Below, in pieces: positions 27,410-38,795 of a stretch of 64,000 nucleotides of DNA (the first letter of the stretch is position 1; every line of letters begins with the position of its first letter). The stretch comes from Candidatus Sumerlaeaceae bacterium (GTDB taxonomy: Bacteria; Sumerlaeota; Sumerlaeia; Sumerlaeales; Sumerlaeaceae), in assembly GCA_049968255.1 (NCBI GenBank), contig JBMFRB010000006.1, positions 71,800 through 135,799 on the forward strand, in the 5' to 3' direction. A program made the translations under genes and the position numbers. Under the pieces are notes generated by a model, which worked only from the letters and a program-made list of their open reading frames with translations, ran no database searches and was not told the origin of the DNA.

Positions 27410-29075
27410 GGGGTGTTCCTCCGATCATTTTGGTGTTGGGTGCACCGGGCGGCACCATGGGGAGCACATTCAACGTTCGCGGAATGGGGACATTGATCAG
27501 GCACGGTCCCTCTTGCGAAAGCGCTGTGGCCATCGTGTGCATTGGGTCTCGACTCTGGCCAAGGTCGTAGGCTTTCCATCCGAAGCCGCGGGCGATAGCG
27601 GCGAAATCCGGCTCGAATTCGAAACGCGTTGCGTGGAAGCGCGCACCATAAAAGAGCTCCTGCTGCTGACGGACGAGGCCAAGGTGGGCGTTATTCATGA
27701 GGATGACCTTCACGTTCACTCGAAGCTCGGCGGCTGTGGCCATTTCCTGGATGTTCATTAAAAAGCTGCCCTCGCCGCTGAAGAGAACTATGGTTTTCTC
27801 GGGCCGTGCCAGAGCGGCGCCAATAGCCGTGGGCAGGCCAAAGCCCATCGTGCCGAGACCACCGGAAGTGAGCAATTGCCGAGGGAAGCTAAATGGAAAG
27901 GCTTGAGCCACCCACATCTGGTGCTGCCCCACGTCGGTCACGACGATGGGGGCATCGTCGAGAAGATTTGCTGTCTGAAGCACGCATCCGTATGGCTGAC
28001 AAGGATCGTCGGTGTCGGACATAACGAGCGGAAATTCCGCACGGAGCTGGTCCGTGCGTTGATGCCAAGCCGGACGTGTGGACGGTGTCAGATGTGGGAG
28101 CAATTGCGAGAGAAACTGGCGCACGTCAGCCTCGACCGCGAGAGCCGGCCGCTTGATTTTGCCCAGTTCACATCGGTCGAGATCCACATGAATGATTGCA
28201 GCGTTGGGACAGAACTCGTCCACCTTGCCGGTGGCGCGGTCATCGAAGCGCATGCCAAGTGCCACCACAAGATCGGACTCGTGAATAATGAAGTTCGTGG
28301 CGGGCGCGCCATGCATGCCCATCATTCCAAGCATCCGTGGATGGGTGCTTGGCACAGCGCCCAGACCGAGGAGAGTGGAGGCGATGGGAGCATCGAGGGC
28401 TTCGGCGAGCTCTATCACGAGCCTGCCGGCATCAGCCGCCACCACTCCAGCACCAATAAGAATCACTGGCCGTTCGGCCGGTTCCATGAGCTGGCGAGCT
28501 CGCTGAATTTCCTCGGCGTTTGGCTTGGGAGGCGGTGCCAGGGGCAACGGGTCCGGCCAATGATCGAATTCGACCATTTCGTTTTGAACATCTTTCGGGA
28601 CATCCACCACGACGGGACTGGGGCGCCCCGAGCCGGCAATTCGAAAGGCGTCGGGAATCACTTCGAGAAGTTCGGCCGCGCTGCGCACGAGATAATTGTG
28701 CTTCGTGATTGGGATAGTGAGGCCGTACGTGTCTATCTCCTGAAAGGCATCTGTCCCAATCATGGCGCGAGGAACCTGACCAGTGATTGCCACGATTGGG
28801 ATGGAATCAAGCTTCGCGTCGGCGATGGCCGTGAGTAGGTTCGTCGCGCCCGGCCCAGAAGTCGCGAAACAGACGGCGGTTCGCCCAGTGGTGCGTGCCA
28901 TGCCTTGCGCTATGAAACCGCCGCCCTGTTCGTGACGCGCAAGAATGTGGCGAACGCGGCTGGCCCGCACCGCATCGTAGAGCGGCAGGTTTGCACCACC
29001 TGGTATGCCAGGCACTATAGTGACGCCATGACGCTCAAGCAGGTGAGCGATGATTTGTGCGCCTGTGGCTTTCAT
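27390..29075 (-). CDS. ilvB: Acetolactate synthase large subunit
   Basis: [33 protein letters not shown] and [12 protein letters not shown]; RBS AAAGGAG before MKATGAQ. Confidence 0.96.
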   Translation of the reverse strand: MKATGAQIIAHLLERHGVTIVPGIPGGANLPLYDAVRASRVRHILARHEQGGGFIAQGMARTTGRTAVCFATSGPGATNLLTAIADAKLDSIPIVAITGQVPRAMIGTDAFQEIDTYGLTIPITKHNYLVRSAAELLEVIPDAFRIAGSGRPSPVVVDVPKDVQNEMVEFDHWPDPLPLAPPPKPNAEEIQRARQLMEPAERPVILIGAGVVAADAGRLVIELAEALDAPIASTLLGLGAVPSTHPRMLGMMGMHGAPATNFIIHESDLVVALGMRFDDRATGKVDEFCPNAAIIHVDLDRCELGKIKRPALAVEADVRQFLSQLLPHLTPSTRPAWHQRTDQLRAEFPLVMSDTDDPCQPYGCVLQTANLLDDAPIVVTDVGQHQMWVAQAFPFSFPRQLLTSGGLGTMGFGLPTAIGAALARPEKTIVLFSGEGSFLMNIQEMATAAELRVNVKVILMNNAHLGLVRQQQELFYGARFHATRFEFEPDFAAIARGFGWKAYDLGQSRDPMHTMATALSQEGPCLINVPIPRTLNVLPMVPPGAPNTKMIGGTPHVCQNT

Positions 29076-29132
29076 CGTTTGCACTCCTTTTTGATATGGG
29101 GTCAGCCACCGGTCGGGCAAAGGAAGGAGGGG

Positions 29133-29220
29133 TAAAATTGAGAAGCCCCCGCCGACCCTTGCGCCGGCGGGGGCTCGAAACTTCGAGTAGCTACATGTGC
29201 CTCCCCGCTACGGCGCAAGG
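29133..29220 (-). promoter_or_regulatory. ilv transcription attenuator (terminator/antiterminator)
   Basis: Terminator arms at 29144-29154 and 29165-29175 followed on the minus strand by TCTCAATTTT; alternative 10-bp pairing of 29157-29166 with 29211-29220 at the end of the leader ORF. Confidence 0.85.
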
Positions 29221-29303
29221 CCGCATACAGCGACGACTACGACGACGAGGAGGAGAAGCTCTCGTTCGGCGAGAAGGCGCTGTATGTTCTTCGCGGGATG
29301 CAT
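29208..29303 (-). CDS. ilvL: ilv operon leader peptide
   Basis: MHPAKNIQRLLAERELLLLVVVVVAVCGLAP*: tandem Leu4-Val5 codons immediately before the attenuator hairpins. Confidence 0.85.
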   Translation of the reverse strand: MHPAKNIQRLLAERELLLLVVVVVAVCGLAP

Positions 29304-29401
29304 TGCTGAACTTTTTTTACAACAGCAGGTGCATTCGTATGCAATATTTTTTTTCAAACGTGGCGCTGCGCAATGGCAGTGCGCTCGCGCATCTGGCTTC
29401 A

Positions 29402-30523
29402 TCACTGGAAATCAGCCAACACTTTTTCGTAAACACGCAACGTTCCCGTCACCATCGCGTCCGCGGTGAACTCCTTTTCCACCAGGTCGCGTGCCTGTGC
29501 GGCGAGGCGGCGCGCGAAATCTGGCATCTGCAAGACGCGAAGGATCGCGTTGGCAAGTTCTGTGGGATTTCGCGGCGGGACCAGCAGTCCTGTTTGCTGG
29601 TGGCGAACAGCGTCGCGCACACCGCCTGTATTGGTGGCGACCACAGGCACGCCAGCGGCCATCGCGTCGAGAATCGAGGTGCAGAGCCCTTCGAGATGCG
29701 ACGACAGCACAAAAACGTCCGCCGCGCGATAAAGCGGGGCCAGCTCGTGAACATAGCCGAGAAGCTTGACCCGCTCGTGAAGGTCACGCTCAGCGATGGC
29801 ATGGCGAATGCGTGGTTCTTCTTCTCCCGAGCCGGCAATGAGAAGCTTCCACGGGCGAGGCGCGATCTTCTGCAATTCTGCGGCTGCGCGCACGAGGGTG
29901 AGGTGATCTTTGTGGTCCACAAGGGCAGCGACGTTGAGAATAAGAGCTTCATCGGGACGCACACCGAGGCTGCATGCCGCTTCTTCATCACGCGGTCCAG
30001 CCCGATAGTTGTAACGGCCAAGGTCGATACCGCTGTGCACGAGGTGGATGCGCTCGGTTGGCACTCCTCCGGCGCGAAGCACATCGCGCACGCCCTCGGA
30101 GATGGCAATAAAAGTCACACGAGGCGAGAGGTACTTGCGCCTAGAAAACCAATTGGTGGATATGAGAAAGTCCACACGACGCGTGACAACGACGGGGCGA
30201 TTTGTGAGGTTGCCAGCCAGCCAGGCCAGTGCGTGAGCATGGGAGGTGTGGGCATGCAGGAGATCTATCTCATGTTTGCGGACAAGCTGAACAAGCTGCG
30301 CAAGGGCGATGGGATCCAATTCATTTCGAATAACAAGTGGTTTTACTAAGTTGCTATCTTTCTTTTTGCGTTCGCGAAAAAGCTCGCTGTCGGGCGGGCA
30401 GGCGACGAGGCAGGGCCAATTGCGCTCGAGTAGCCCGTTCGTCAGTAACTGAACCTGCCGTTCTCCACCACGCCACCCTTTTTCCGAGGATAGGTGAAGA
30501 ATGCGCGGTTTATCCAGGGACAT
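29402..30523 (-). CDS. Glycosyltransferase family 4 (LPS-associated)
   Basis: WRGGERQV, LLHAH, KDH and SHLEGLCTSILDAMAAGVPVVAT (GT-B E-X7-E/D motif). Confidence 0.92.
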   Translation of the reverse strand: MSLDKPRILHLSSEKGWRGGERQVQLLTNGLLERNWPCLVACPPDSELFRERKKKDSNLVKPLVIRNELDPIALAQLVQLVRKHEIDLLHAHTSHAHALAWLAGNLTNRPVVVTRRVDFLISTNWFSRRKYLSPRVTFIAISEGVRDVLRAGGVPTERIHLVHSGIDLGRYNYRAGPRDEEAACSLGVRPDEALILNVAALVDHKDHLTLVRAAAELQKIAPRPWKLLIAGSGEEEPRIRHAIAERDLHERVKLLGYVHELAPLYRAADVFVLSSHLEGLCTSILDAMAAGVPVVATNTGGVRDAVRHQQTGLLVPPRNPTELANAILRVLQMPDFARRLAAQARDLVEKEFTADAMVTGTLRVYEKVLADFQ

Positions 30524-31637
30524 GCGAGCCCCCCTCTCCTTGGGCAAGCAGGGAATATGCAGCTTCGATAACCTGCTCGGGCGACACATCATTCATGCAG
30601 CGATGATCCACGGGACATTCGCGCAAAAAACAAGGAGCACAGGGCGGACTCCTGCGCACGATGCGTGTGCATGGAGCCCACGGATGAGTGACGTTCCAAT
30701 CCATCGGACCAAAAACGACAACTGTTGGCGTGCCAACCGCAGCAGCCATGTGAGTAACACCTGTGTCGTTGCCAAGGAATAGGCGCAAACGCTGGAGTAA
30801 CGCGGCGAGGGCCGGCAAATCAAGTCGCGGACCCAGTTCCAGTACTGGTGCGGAAATGTTTCGTGCCAACTGGGCCGAAAGCTCTTGTTCGGTGGGACCA
30901 GCAGTAATGATGACCGTGGCATCGAGCTGGCGCGCGAGCACATCTGCTGCTCGAGCGAGGCGATCGAGGGGCCATCTCTTTGCGCTGCCGTACGCAGCCC
31001 CTGGATGAATGCCAATGAGGGGAGTGGTGCTACTCACGCCTTCTTGCAAAAGAAGTTGGTGCACCGCGGCGGCTGCTGTCGGCTGCACAGGCAGAACGAG
31101 GGGAGGAAGTGCATGAGTCCGATCGACAATCGGTGGAGGACAGTTTGCACCCAGACGCGAGGCGGCATACACGGCAAGGTCGAGATAATACTCGACCATG
31201 TGGCGCGGTGGTTTGTCGTTGCGCGAAGGGCGAAGACTTTTTTTGCTGACTGGCTGTGGGGCCGGTGTCTGCCAATCGCGGCGACGGAACGATAGAGGAT
31301 CCGTGAGAAACCAAATGCGCCCAGCACGGTTATAGCCAAAGCGGCGGGGAATGCCACACCGCCAGATAGTCCATGCGGAGCGGAACGAATTGGGCAAGAG
31401 AAGCGCTGCGTCAAAGTTTTGGCGACGCAGCCCCGCGATTTGCTCGCGCGTCAGTTCACGGTCGTCTGCGACAATAAGCTCATCGAGCAAGGGGTGGTCT
31501 TGCCAGATACCAGCTGTGCTGCGCCGCGAGAGCATGACGAGCTTGGCACTTGGAAATGCACAGCGCAGATATGCCACCGCCGGCGTCGCCATGACGCAGT
31601 CACCAATCCAGTTGGGGGCTTTGAGTAGAATTTTCAC
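30510..31637 (-). CDS. waaF: Lipopolysaccharide heptosyltransferase II (GT9)
   Basis: PNWIGDCVMATP, LPNSFRSA, HPGAAYGSAKRWP, NDTGVTHMAAA and CAPCFLRECP. Confidence 0.92.
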   Translation of the reverse strand: MKILLKAPNWIGDCVMATPAVAYLRCAFPSAKLVMLSRRSTAGIWQDHPLLDELIVADDRELTREQIAGLRRQNFDAALLLPNSFRSAWTIWRCGIPRRFGYNRAGRIWFLTDPLSFRRRDWQTPAPQPVSKKSLRPSRNDKPPRHMVEYYLDLAVYAASRLGANCPPPIVDRTHALPPLVLPVQPTAAAAVHQLLLQEGVSSTTPLIGIHPGAAYGSAKRWPLDRLARAADVLARQLDATVIITAGPTEQELSAQLARNISAPVLELGPRLDLPALAALLQRLRLFLGNDTGVTHMAAAVGTPTVVVFGPMDWNVTHPWAPCTRIVRRSPPCAPCFLRECPVDHRCMNDVSPEQVIEAAYSLLAQGEGGSHVPG

Positions 31638-32425
31638 TCCGGCTTACCCCTTCGCTCACGCTCGATGCGCTCCCAGAGTTTTGCATACTTGAGAAAAACA
31701 CTGAACGCCGCCAGCATGCACACGATGAGGCCTGGCTTACCATCGAGGAAGCCGAAGCGCAGCACATATTGGCGGAAAAATCGCCAACAGGGGCGGAGGA
31801 AAAGATGGACAAATGTCACATGGCACGTGGTTTTCGCGCGGTCGCCGGCAGCCCACGTTGTGTAGCGATCGAATTTTCGCATGTATTGCTCGAAGCTTGT
31901 GAACGTGTTGTGATAGAGCCTCGAGCGGAGGAAACGGACGGGACCTTCGACGACGACGTCGGCATGAACTTCTCGATCGAGATAACGTCCCTTGTCGCGG
32001 AGAAATACGCGCAGGACATTGTCGTCCTGCCAGCCACTAAAGCGGATGGGGCGGCCCATGAAATGGTTCGCGCGATACACGCGAAGGCCAACCACGTCGC
32101 CCGGGTTTTCGAGAAATTCGAGGATTTCATCGCGCAAGGCCGGTGTGACACGCTCGTCGGCATCGAGAATCATGACCCAGCGATGTGTGGCTTGAGGAAT
32201 GGCCCAGTTTTTTTGCGTGGCAGAATTGACATACTCATGTTGAAGAACGCGCGCTCCCATTTCTCGGGCGAGCTCGGGGGTGCGGTCGGTGCTAAAAGAG
32301 TCCACCACGAGAATTTCGTCGGCCCACCGCACCGACTCGATGGCAGCGCGGATGTTTTTTTCCTCATTGTAGGCCGGAATGATAATCGAAATCTTTTCTC
32401 GCATGATCGTGCTCAATGCAGGCAC
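31634..32425 (-). CDS. Glycosyltransferase family 2 (LPS core beta-glucosyltransferase, WaaE/KdtX-like)
   Basis: NEEKNI, VVDSFSTDRT, QKNWA, LDADER, VH and GFLDGKPG motifs. Confidence 0.9.
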   Translation of the reverse strand: MPALSTIMREKISIIIPAYNEEKNIRAAIESVRWADEILVVDSFSTDRTPELAREMGARVLQHEYVNSATQKNWAIPQATHRWVMILDADERVTPALRDEILEFLENPGDVVGLRVYRANHFMGRPIRFSGWQDDNVLRVFLRDKGRYLDREVHADVVVEGPVRFLRSRLYHNTFTSFEQYMRKFDRYTTWAAGDRAKTTCHVTFVHLFLRPCWRFFRQYVLRFGFLDGKPGLIVCMLAAFSVFLKYAKLWERIERERRGKPE

Positions 32426-32485
32426 CGAACGTTGGCTGATTCAATGCGCAAATTCGCACGCGCTCAGGCAGATTGACTCCGTTGC

Positions 32486-32532
32486 AAAAAGCGAAAGCCT
32501 TTGCGGCTGACAAAGCCGAAATCCGCAAAGGC
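32486..32532 (-). terminator. Intrinsic terminator after ftsZ
   Basis: 10-bp inverted repeat GCCTTTGCGG/CCGCAAAGGC followed on the minus strand by TTTCGCTTTTT. Confidence 0.7.
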
Positions 32533-32557
32533 GCGAGAGTAGCTCACCCCTGTGTGC

Positions 32558-33907
32558 CTAGAGCCCCCAGCGGCGTCGGTAATAGGCAGGGGCCTCTTTG
32601 CTGTCTGGCGGGGGTGAGGGAGGCTCCGCCGGTGCTCCCTGCTCAGCACCAGGTTTGGCTGCTGCGGGCTGGACCGGCTCGCTCGGGCGTGGGAATGCAG
32701 CGGAGCTTTCGGGTGCCGGCGCATTTTTTTCACCCACTCCGGCCTCCAGGCGAAAATCCGTTTTCTCTGCGGGAGAGGGGCTCTTCGGGCCAGCAAATGG
32801 GGCTGCCTTTTCGGGCGGCTCAACGAACGAATAGGAGGGCGCTGGCGATGATATACGCGAAACCGATGGGGTGGCCGGCACTTCCGGTCGCGCGGGCTCG
32901 ACGCGCGGACCTAAATGGCTAACGATACGATCGTCAGGTAAACCGCGGTCGAGACCTGTCGCGATGATTGTCACGCGGACCTCGTCTTTCATCTTTTCGT
33001 CAATCACAAGGCCGAAGATGATATTCGCATCGGGATCGGCTTCCTTGTGGATGATGTTACAAGCGTCGTTGACCTCTTGGAGCGTGAGATCGGGACCGCC
33101 TGTGAAACAGATAAGGATGCCGGTCGCGCCGCTAATATCGAGTCCATCCAGCAGTTTGTTTTCGCGTGCTTTTTCCACGGCTTCCACCGCACGGCGATCG
33201 CCTTTGCCGACGCCGATGCCAATGACAGCACCGCCCTTGCCCTGCATGATGGTGCGAACATCGGAGAATTCGACATTGATTTTTCCGGGGACGTTGATGA
33301 TCTCGCTGACGCTGGTCACGGCCATGGTGAGAATTTCGTTGGCCATGCGCAGCCCCTCCTCGAAACCGGTCTTGTTATCAGCGAGCGAGAGCAACCGGCT
33401 ATTGTTGACGACGGTGCAAGCATCAACAATTTCGCGGAGTTGAGAAAGTCCCATCTGCGCGTTTTTTGCGCGCTGACGGCCCTCAAATTCGAAGGGTAAT
33501 GTGACGACGGCCACGGTGAGGATGCCGAGGTCGCGGGCAATCCTTGCGACAACGGGTGCGGCGCCGGTGCCCGTGCCGCCACCTAGGCCAGCAGTAATGA
33601 AGACGATGTCCGCGCCAGCGAGAATCCGCTGGATCTCGTCGGCGGCCTCTTCAGCGGCTTGGCGTCCGATGTCGGGATTTGATCCAGCGCCGCGGCCACG
33701 GGTCAGCTCGCGCCCAATCTGAATTTTGTTAGGCGCCTTGGAAAGGCCGAGCGCCTGGACGTCGGTGTTCATGACATAGAACTCGACGCCTTGCAGGTTC
33801 GATTTGATCAGCTCATCAACGGCGTTAGAGCCCGCTCCCCCGATTCCAATAACCTTAATTTTTGCACCCTGCACGTAGTCAGTTTCGAACTCAAATGGCA
33901 TGGACAT
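32558..33907 (-). CDS. ftsZ: Cell division protein FtsZ (divergent T7 loop)
   Basis: IKVIGIGGAGSNAV, NTDVQAL, GLGGGTGTG tubulin signature, PFEFEG..R; Pro-rich linker; start placed at MSMPFEF. Confidence 0.95.
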   Translation of the reverse strand: MSMPFEFETDYVQGAKIKVIGIGGAGSNAVDELIKSNLQGVEFYVMNTDVQALGLSKAPNKIQIGRELTRGRGAGSNPDIGRQAAEEAADEIQRILAGADIVFITAGLGGGTGTGAAPVVARIARDLGILTVAVVTLPFEFEGRQRAKNAQMGLSQLREIVDACTVVNNSRLLSLADNKTGFEEGLRMANEILTMAVTSVSEIINVPGKINVEFSDVRTIMQGKGGAVIGIGVGKGDRRAVEAVEKARENKLLDGLDISGATGILICFTGGPDLTLQEVNDACNIIHKEADPDANIIFGLVIDEKMKDEVRVTIIATGLDRGLPDDRIVSHLGPRVEPARPEVPATPSVSRISSPAPSYSFVEPPEKAAPFAGPKSPSPAEKTDFRLEAGVGEKNAPAPESSAAFPRPSEPVQPAAAKPGAEQGAPAEPPSPPPDSKEAPAYYRRRWGL

Positions 33908-34112
33908 GGTTTCATCCCTCTTTTTGTTACGAAGAGCTGCGAAGACCTCTAGGGATCCGCGACAGTCTTCCGCGTACTTTTCTGTGTCTGTTTGGGAGTC
34001 CTCATGGCAATTTGCAAGATGTTTGGCCGAGGACGCTTTTTCTTTCAACAGCAGCAGCGGTGCAAAACTTCACCGGCAAACGTGCGAAGTGACGAGAGAC
34101 AAGGCTAATGGT

Positions 34113-35762
34113 TCAAGATGGGTTTTCCCAAAGCGTCGCACGCTCGCCCACAGCAAAACCTTGTTGCCAAGTGGTGAGAATGCTCCACTCACGCAGAAGC
34201 TGGGCTTTGTAATTGCGCCCATGGGAAACCGTGTCGAGCCAGTAGAGGGGTCCGTCTACGGTAATGACCCCTCCGCGGAAAGCAATCATCAGATGGAGGT
34301 TGAGCAGGAGGAAAATGAGAGTGAGTCCCGTGGGAGCGAATTGCGCCCGCGTGCGCTCAGCTAGCCAGTGGAGAACTTGGCCTGCGCCGAATGCAAAAAA
34401 CGGCGCGAACTCGAGGAAACCTCGCATTCCAAAAGATGCTCCCAGCCAGTAAACACGCCAGTTCCCGTAAATCCAGGCTGTGGCCAGAATTATGGCAAAA
34501 CTCACAAGTCCCCAACGCGGACACCGGCGGACGAAGAATGCAAGGCCGAGAGCGCACACAAGTAGCCACGGGTGCCAAAAAAACAGGCCGTGACGACGTC
34601 CGAACAAGACAGCCAAGAGGTGTGGAGGGATGAGATTGGCTTTGTAATCGTAGGGATTGGCTAGGCAGTTCCCATAGAGTGTCCACCATGCCAACATTTG
34701 TGGCACAAAGCCAAGGAGCACACCGCCTCCAGCCAGGGCGAATTCGCTAAGCACGGGCCAGCACAAATGCTGTGGGCCTGGTTGCTTCTTCGCCCGTGCT
34801 TGTGCCAGCGGGACAAATGTGAGCAAGAGGAGTGGGGCATTGGTCGCGCGCACGCTGAGGGCAAGCCCTACGATGAATCCCCAAAGCGCAGCCCATAAGT
34901 GTCGGCGCAACGGTGTTCTTTCATTTTCCCAAGCGGAGGTGGCTGCGACGGCGGCTGCAACGCAACCAAAGCTCGTTAGGTGCGACATCCCCGGTTGGTA
35001 CTGAAAATAAAAGAGTGCGGGACCAGCTGTAATGATGGAGAATGCCGCTAATTGAGCAGTGAGCCGTGGGAAAAATTTCTCCAAAACGCGCGCGGTGAGC
35101 CATAAGCCAAATGTGCCGTAGGCAATGTTGCCGGCAATGAAAGCGAAAGCATACCAGGGGGCAAAGGGCGATGGCATGGCCGGCAAAATTCGTGCGAAGG
35201 TAAGGACCACAGCAAGGAGATAAAAAAGTCCCATCCAAGGAAGCGCAGCTAGCCCAGTGCCGATATTGAACTGGTTTTGGGGTGGGCCAGAAGGCTGGGC
35301 CTTTAGCCATTCTGCGAAGGGAGGGCCAGCAAGGTCTTCGCCGAAAAGATGGACAAAAAACTCATAGTCATTTCTGAAATCGAGATCGCGGTCGAAGAAG
35401 AGAGACCGCGCGTAAGCAAAGTACGCCAGATCGTCAAATCCGGTGAGATAAGGCGTGCGTGGAACGGCACGCCTATAAGTGAAGTGGGCGTAATTGAAAG
35501 CAACAACGGCCAAAAAGAACAGAAGATAGTACAGGGCTGGGCTTGTCAAGAATGGTCGGCCAACTGTGCGTTCACGCTTAGGCTCATCCGTAGAATGCAG
35601 CGCTTGGCAGCTGATGGAGTTTTGAATTACATCGGCACTGGAATGAAGCTTACTCATATAGAGAAGCGCTTGAGAATAGAAGATGGCGCGCTTTATATCA
35701 GCAAAGAAAGCAAAAAGAAGCAGGGCTCGGGTCCGGTGGTGGACGAATGCTTGGCTAATCAT
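34113..35762 (-). CDS. GT-C fold integral membrane glycosyltransferase-like protein
   Basis: [24 protein letters not shown] luminal loop after TM1, [17 protein letters not shown]; many TM segments; true start probably ~200 bp downstream. Confidence 0.72.
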   Translation of the reverse strand: MISQAFVHHRTRALLLFAFFADIKRAIFYSQALLYMSKLHSSADVIQNSISCQALHSTDEPKRERTVGRPFLTSPALYYLLFFLAVVAFNYAHFTYRRAVPRTPYLTGFDDLAYFAYARSLFFDRDLDFRNDYEFFVHLFGEDLAGPPFAEWLKAQPSGPPQNQFNIGTGLAALPWMGLFYLLAVVLTFARILPAMPSPFAPWYAFAFIAGNIAYGTFGLWLTARVLEKFFPRLTAQLAAFSIITAGPALFYFQYQPGMSHLTSFGCVAAAVAATSAWENERTPLRRHLWAALWGFIVGLALSVRATNAPLLLLTFVPLAQARAKKQPGPQHLCWPVLSEFALAGGGVLLGFVPQMLAWWTLYGNCLANPYDYKANLIPPHLLAVLFGRRHGLFFWHPWLLVCALGLAFFVRRCPRWGLVSFAIILATAWIYGNWRVYWLGASFGMRGFLEFAPFFAFGAGQVLHWLAERTRAQFAPTGLTLIFLLLNLHLMIAFRGGVITVDGPLYWLDTVSHGRNYKAQLLREWSILTTWQQGFAVGERATLWENPS

Positions 35763-35800
35763 CAGCTCTTGAGGAGAACTGCCGAAGAACAGGGACGTTT

Positions 35801-37060
35801 ATGCGACTTCGATGCTCGTTTTGTGGTAAAGACCAACATGCGGTAAAGACACTTTTTCGGGGCATGCCAACGAAGGATACGTTGGCAAACGTCTTCATTT
35901 GCGACGACTGCGTGATGCAGTGCAGTGAACGGCTGCGCCAGGAGGAACTCTTGCGCGCAGAAGAAGCAGCGTTGCAGAACGTCAAGCGCCTTCCGTCGCC
36001 TCGCGAGATCAAACAGATTCTTGACCAGTACGTCATCTCCCAGGAGCGGACTAAGAAAATCCTCAGTGTGGCCGTCCACAATCACTACAAACGTATTATG
36101 TTTAATTACACGGCCGAGGACGTAGAGATTGAAAAAGCAAATATCCTGCTTATTGGGCCGACGGGTAGCGGGAAAACGTTGTTGGCCCAAACACTGGCAA
36201 AAATCCTCGATGTGCCATTCGCCATCGCCGATGCAACCACACTGACGCAAGCGGGTTACGTAGGGGAAGACGTCGAGAATATCCTGCTCAAACTATGGCA
36301 GAACGCGGGCCAAGACAAGGAACGGACGCAGCGTGGCATTGTCTACATTGACGAAATTGACAAGATCGCGCGTACGACGCAAAATGTTTCGATAACTCGC
36401 GATGTGAGCGGCGAAGGTGTGCAGCAAGCTCTCTTGAAGATTCTCGAAGGCACCGTGGCGAATGTGCCACCTGGCGGCGGACGCAAGCATCCGCACCAGG
36501 AATATATTACCATCGACACCACCAACATTCTTTTCATCTGTGGCGGGGCTTTTACAGGACTGGAAAAAATCATCGAGCATCGTGTTTCGGCCAAGAGCAT
36601 GGGCTTTGGAGCGGAAATTGTTTCGCGGCGCGATCGCGATATCGGAAAACTTTTAGCGCAGGTCACGCCGCAGGACCTTATGAAGTTCGGCTTCATTCCA
36701 GAGTTTATTGGGCGCCTACCGGTCGTGGCAACGCTTGAGAAGTTAGGCGAAAAAGAGCTTATTCAGATCCTCGTCGAGCCACGCAACGCCCTCGTGAAGC
36801 AGTACAAGAAATTTTTCGAGATGGAAGGGGTGGAGCTGACCATCACGCCGGATGCTCTCAAGACCATCGCCAGGCAAGCCCTCAAGATGGAAACAGGTGC
36901 GCGCGGCCTACGGGCGATTCTCGAAACGGTGATGTTGGATATCATGTTCGATTTGCCGTCGCGGGCCGCTGAGGTGGCGGAAGTAATCATTGACGCGGAC
37001 GTGATCGAGGGAAAGGCAGAGCCGCATTACGTGGCACGGCAAAAAAAGGAAAGTGCGTAA
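35801..37060 (+). CDS. clpX: ATP-dependent Clp protease ATP-binding subunit ClpX
   Basis: CSFC...ICDDC zinc domain, [38 protein letters not shown] and MGF loop. Confidence 0.98.
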   Translation: MRLRCSFCGKDQHAVKTLFRGMPTKDTLANVFICDDCVMQCSERLRQEELLRAEEAALQNVKRLPSPREIKQILDQYVISQERTKKILSVAVHNHYKRIMFNYTAEDVEIEKANILLIGPTGSGKTLLAQTLAKILDVPFAIADATTLTQAGYVGEDVENILLKLWQNAGQDKERTQRGIVYIDEIDKIARTTQNVSITRDVSGEGVQQALLKILEGTVANVPPGGGRKHPHQEYITIDTTNILFICGGAFTGLEKIIEHRVSAKSMGFGAEIVSRRDRDIGKLLAQVTPQDLMKFGFIPEFIGRLPVVATLEKLGEKELIQILVEPRNALVKQYKKFFEMEGVELTITPDALKTIARQALKMETGARGLRAILETVMLDIMFDLPSRAAEVAEVIIDADVIEGKAEPHYVARQKKESA

Positions 37061-37130
37061 GGCTCACTGACTCAGCACGGACGAGTGCGGGCCGTATCAA
37101 TTGTGAAGAGAAGAAAGGGAAACGCGACCA

Positions 37131-38711
37131 ATGCCATACGATCCTCATGATGAGGCTTTACAAGAATTCCGCGTTGCCGTACCGGGTCATGCAATCCGCA
37201 ATGTCTCGGTCCCTCAGCTCGTTGAGTTTGCTATTGCTCACAAGGAAGGCCAACTGGCCTCCAATGGGGCGTTCAATGCCATCACGGCACCACGAACAGG
37301 ACGGTCGCCAAAGGACAAATTTATCGTGCGGAGTGGCGAGGCGGCCAATCTTGTTCACTGGGGGCCGAATACGCCTTTTGAGCCCGAGCATTTTGATGCA
37401 CTCTTTAGCCGGGCTGCGGAATACGTGCGCCAGCGGACCATGTACGTTTTCGATGGTTATTCCGGCGCCGATCCACGCTATCGCCTACCGATTCGCGTGA
37501 AAACCGAGCTAGCATGGCACAACCTTTTCGCACATCAGCTTTTCATCCGTCCGTCGCATGAGGAACTCAGGACTCATCGGCCGAGCTTCACGGTGATTGC
37601 AGTTCCTGCGTTCCGCGCGCGCCCCGAGCGCGATCATACGAACTCTGAAGCGTTTATTATCATCAATTATGAGAGGCGACTCGTCCTCATCGGAGGCACG
37701 CGTTATGCCGGCGAGATCAAGAAGAGTATGTTCACTGTGATGAACTATCTTTTACCTCGCCAAGGCGTGTTGCCAATGCACTGCTCGGCCAATGTGGGCG
37801 AGCGCGGCGACGTGGCGCTTTTCTTCGGACTTAGCGGGACAGGAAAAACCACTCTCAGCGCTGACCCGAAGCGCCGCCTGATCGGCGACGACGAGCACGG
37901 ATGGAGCGATGACGGCGTGTTCAACTTCGAGGGCGGGTGCTATGCGAAAGTCATCGGGCTGACGCGAGAAAAAGAGCCGCAGATTTACGATGCGATCCGT
38001 TTTGGGGCCGTTCTCGAAAACGTTGTGCTCGATGATGAACGCAATCCAGATTATACTGACAATTTTATTACGGAAAATACACGCTGTGCTTACCCCATTA
38101 ATTTCATCGAGAACGCGGTGATTCCTGGCATTGGGGGACACCCAAACCACGTCATCTTCCTGACCGCTGATGCGACAGGCGTCCTGCCGCCCGTGGCCAG
38201 GCTCAACGAGGCTCAGGCCATGTATCATTTCTTGAGCGGTTACACGTCGAAGCTTGCCGGCACAGAAACCGGCGTGAAAGAGCCGCAGTCGGTGTTCTCG
38301 AGCTGCTTTGGTGCACCCTTCCTCCCGTTGGCGCCCCATGTCTATGCAGAGATGCTGGGTGAGCGGCTTCGCAAGCACAAAGCGCAGTGCTGGCTGGTGA
38401 ATACTGGATGGATCGGCGGACCCTTCGGAGTGGGCCACCGCATTGATCTGCCTTACACGCGCTCAATTATCCATGCTATTTTGGATAATAAGCTAGCAGA
38501 TGTCGATTATAGCGAAGACGCGATGTTTGGCTTTGCTGTCCCAAAGACTGTGCCAGAGGTGCCGGCGGATATTCTGCTCCCACGCAATAGCTGGCCAGAT
38601 AAGGCAGCTTACGATGAGGCAGCAAAGAAGCTCGCTCAAACGTTCAAAACGAATTTCGAGCGCTTTTCTGGAATTAGCCCTGAAATTGTGGCTGGTGGGC
38701 CGCGCGTTTAG
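37131..38711 (+). CDS. pckA: Phosphoenolpyruvate carboxykinase (ATP)
   Basis: [41 protein letters not shown] and NFEGGCYAK. Confidence 0.98.
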   Translation: MPYDPHDEALQEFRVAVPGHAIRNVSVPQLVEFAIAHKEGQLASNGAFNAITAPRTGRSPKDKFIVRSGEAANLVHWGPNTPFEPEHFDALFSRAAEYVRQRTMYVFDGYSGADPRYRLPIRVKTELAWHNLFAHQLFIRPSHEELRTHRPSFTVIAVPAFRARPERDHTNSEAFIIINYERRLVLIGGTRYAGEIKKSMFTVMNYLLPRQGVLPMHCSANVGERGDVALFFGLSGTGKTTLSADPKRRLIGDDEHGWSDDGVFNFEGGCYAKVIGLTREKEPQIYDAIRFGAVLENVVLDDERNPDYTDNFITENTRCAYPINFIENAVIPGIGGHPNHVIFLTADATGVLPPVARLNEAQAMYHFLSGYTSKLAGTETGVKEPQSVFSSCFGAPFLPLAPHVYAEMLGERLRKHKAQCWLVNTGWIGGPFGVGHRIDLPYTRSIIHAILDNKLADVDYSEDAMFGFAVPKTVPEVPADILLPRNSWPDKAAYDEAAKKLAQTFKTNFERFSGISPEIVAGGPRV

Positions 38712-38795
38712 GCGACGCCTCTTGCAGTGCACGGATAGCTATACCGCCTTTTGCTGACCACAGGCAAGGTCGCGGTTCCGGCTTAGTGGAAGAAT

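Noticed and set aside
33908-34048. N-terminal extensions in the ORF track for ftsZ, and likewise for ilvB, DUF134, the D-aminoacylase, the second pilin and the TIGR03663-like gene
   Set aside because: Downstream ATGs fit family N-termini better, several with a clear RBS; the extensions are artefacts of longest-ORF calling
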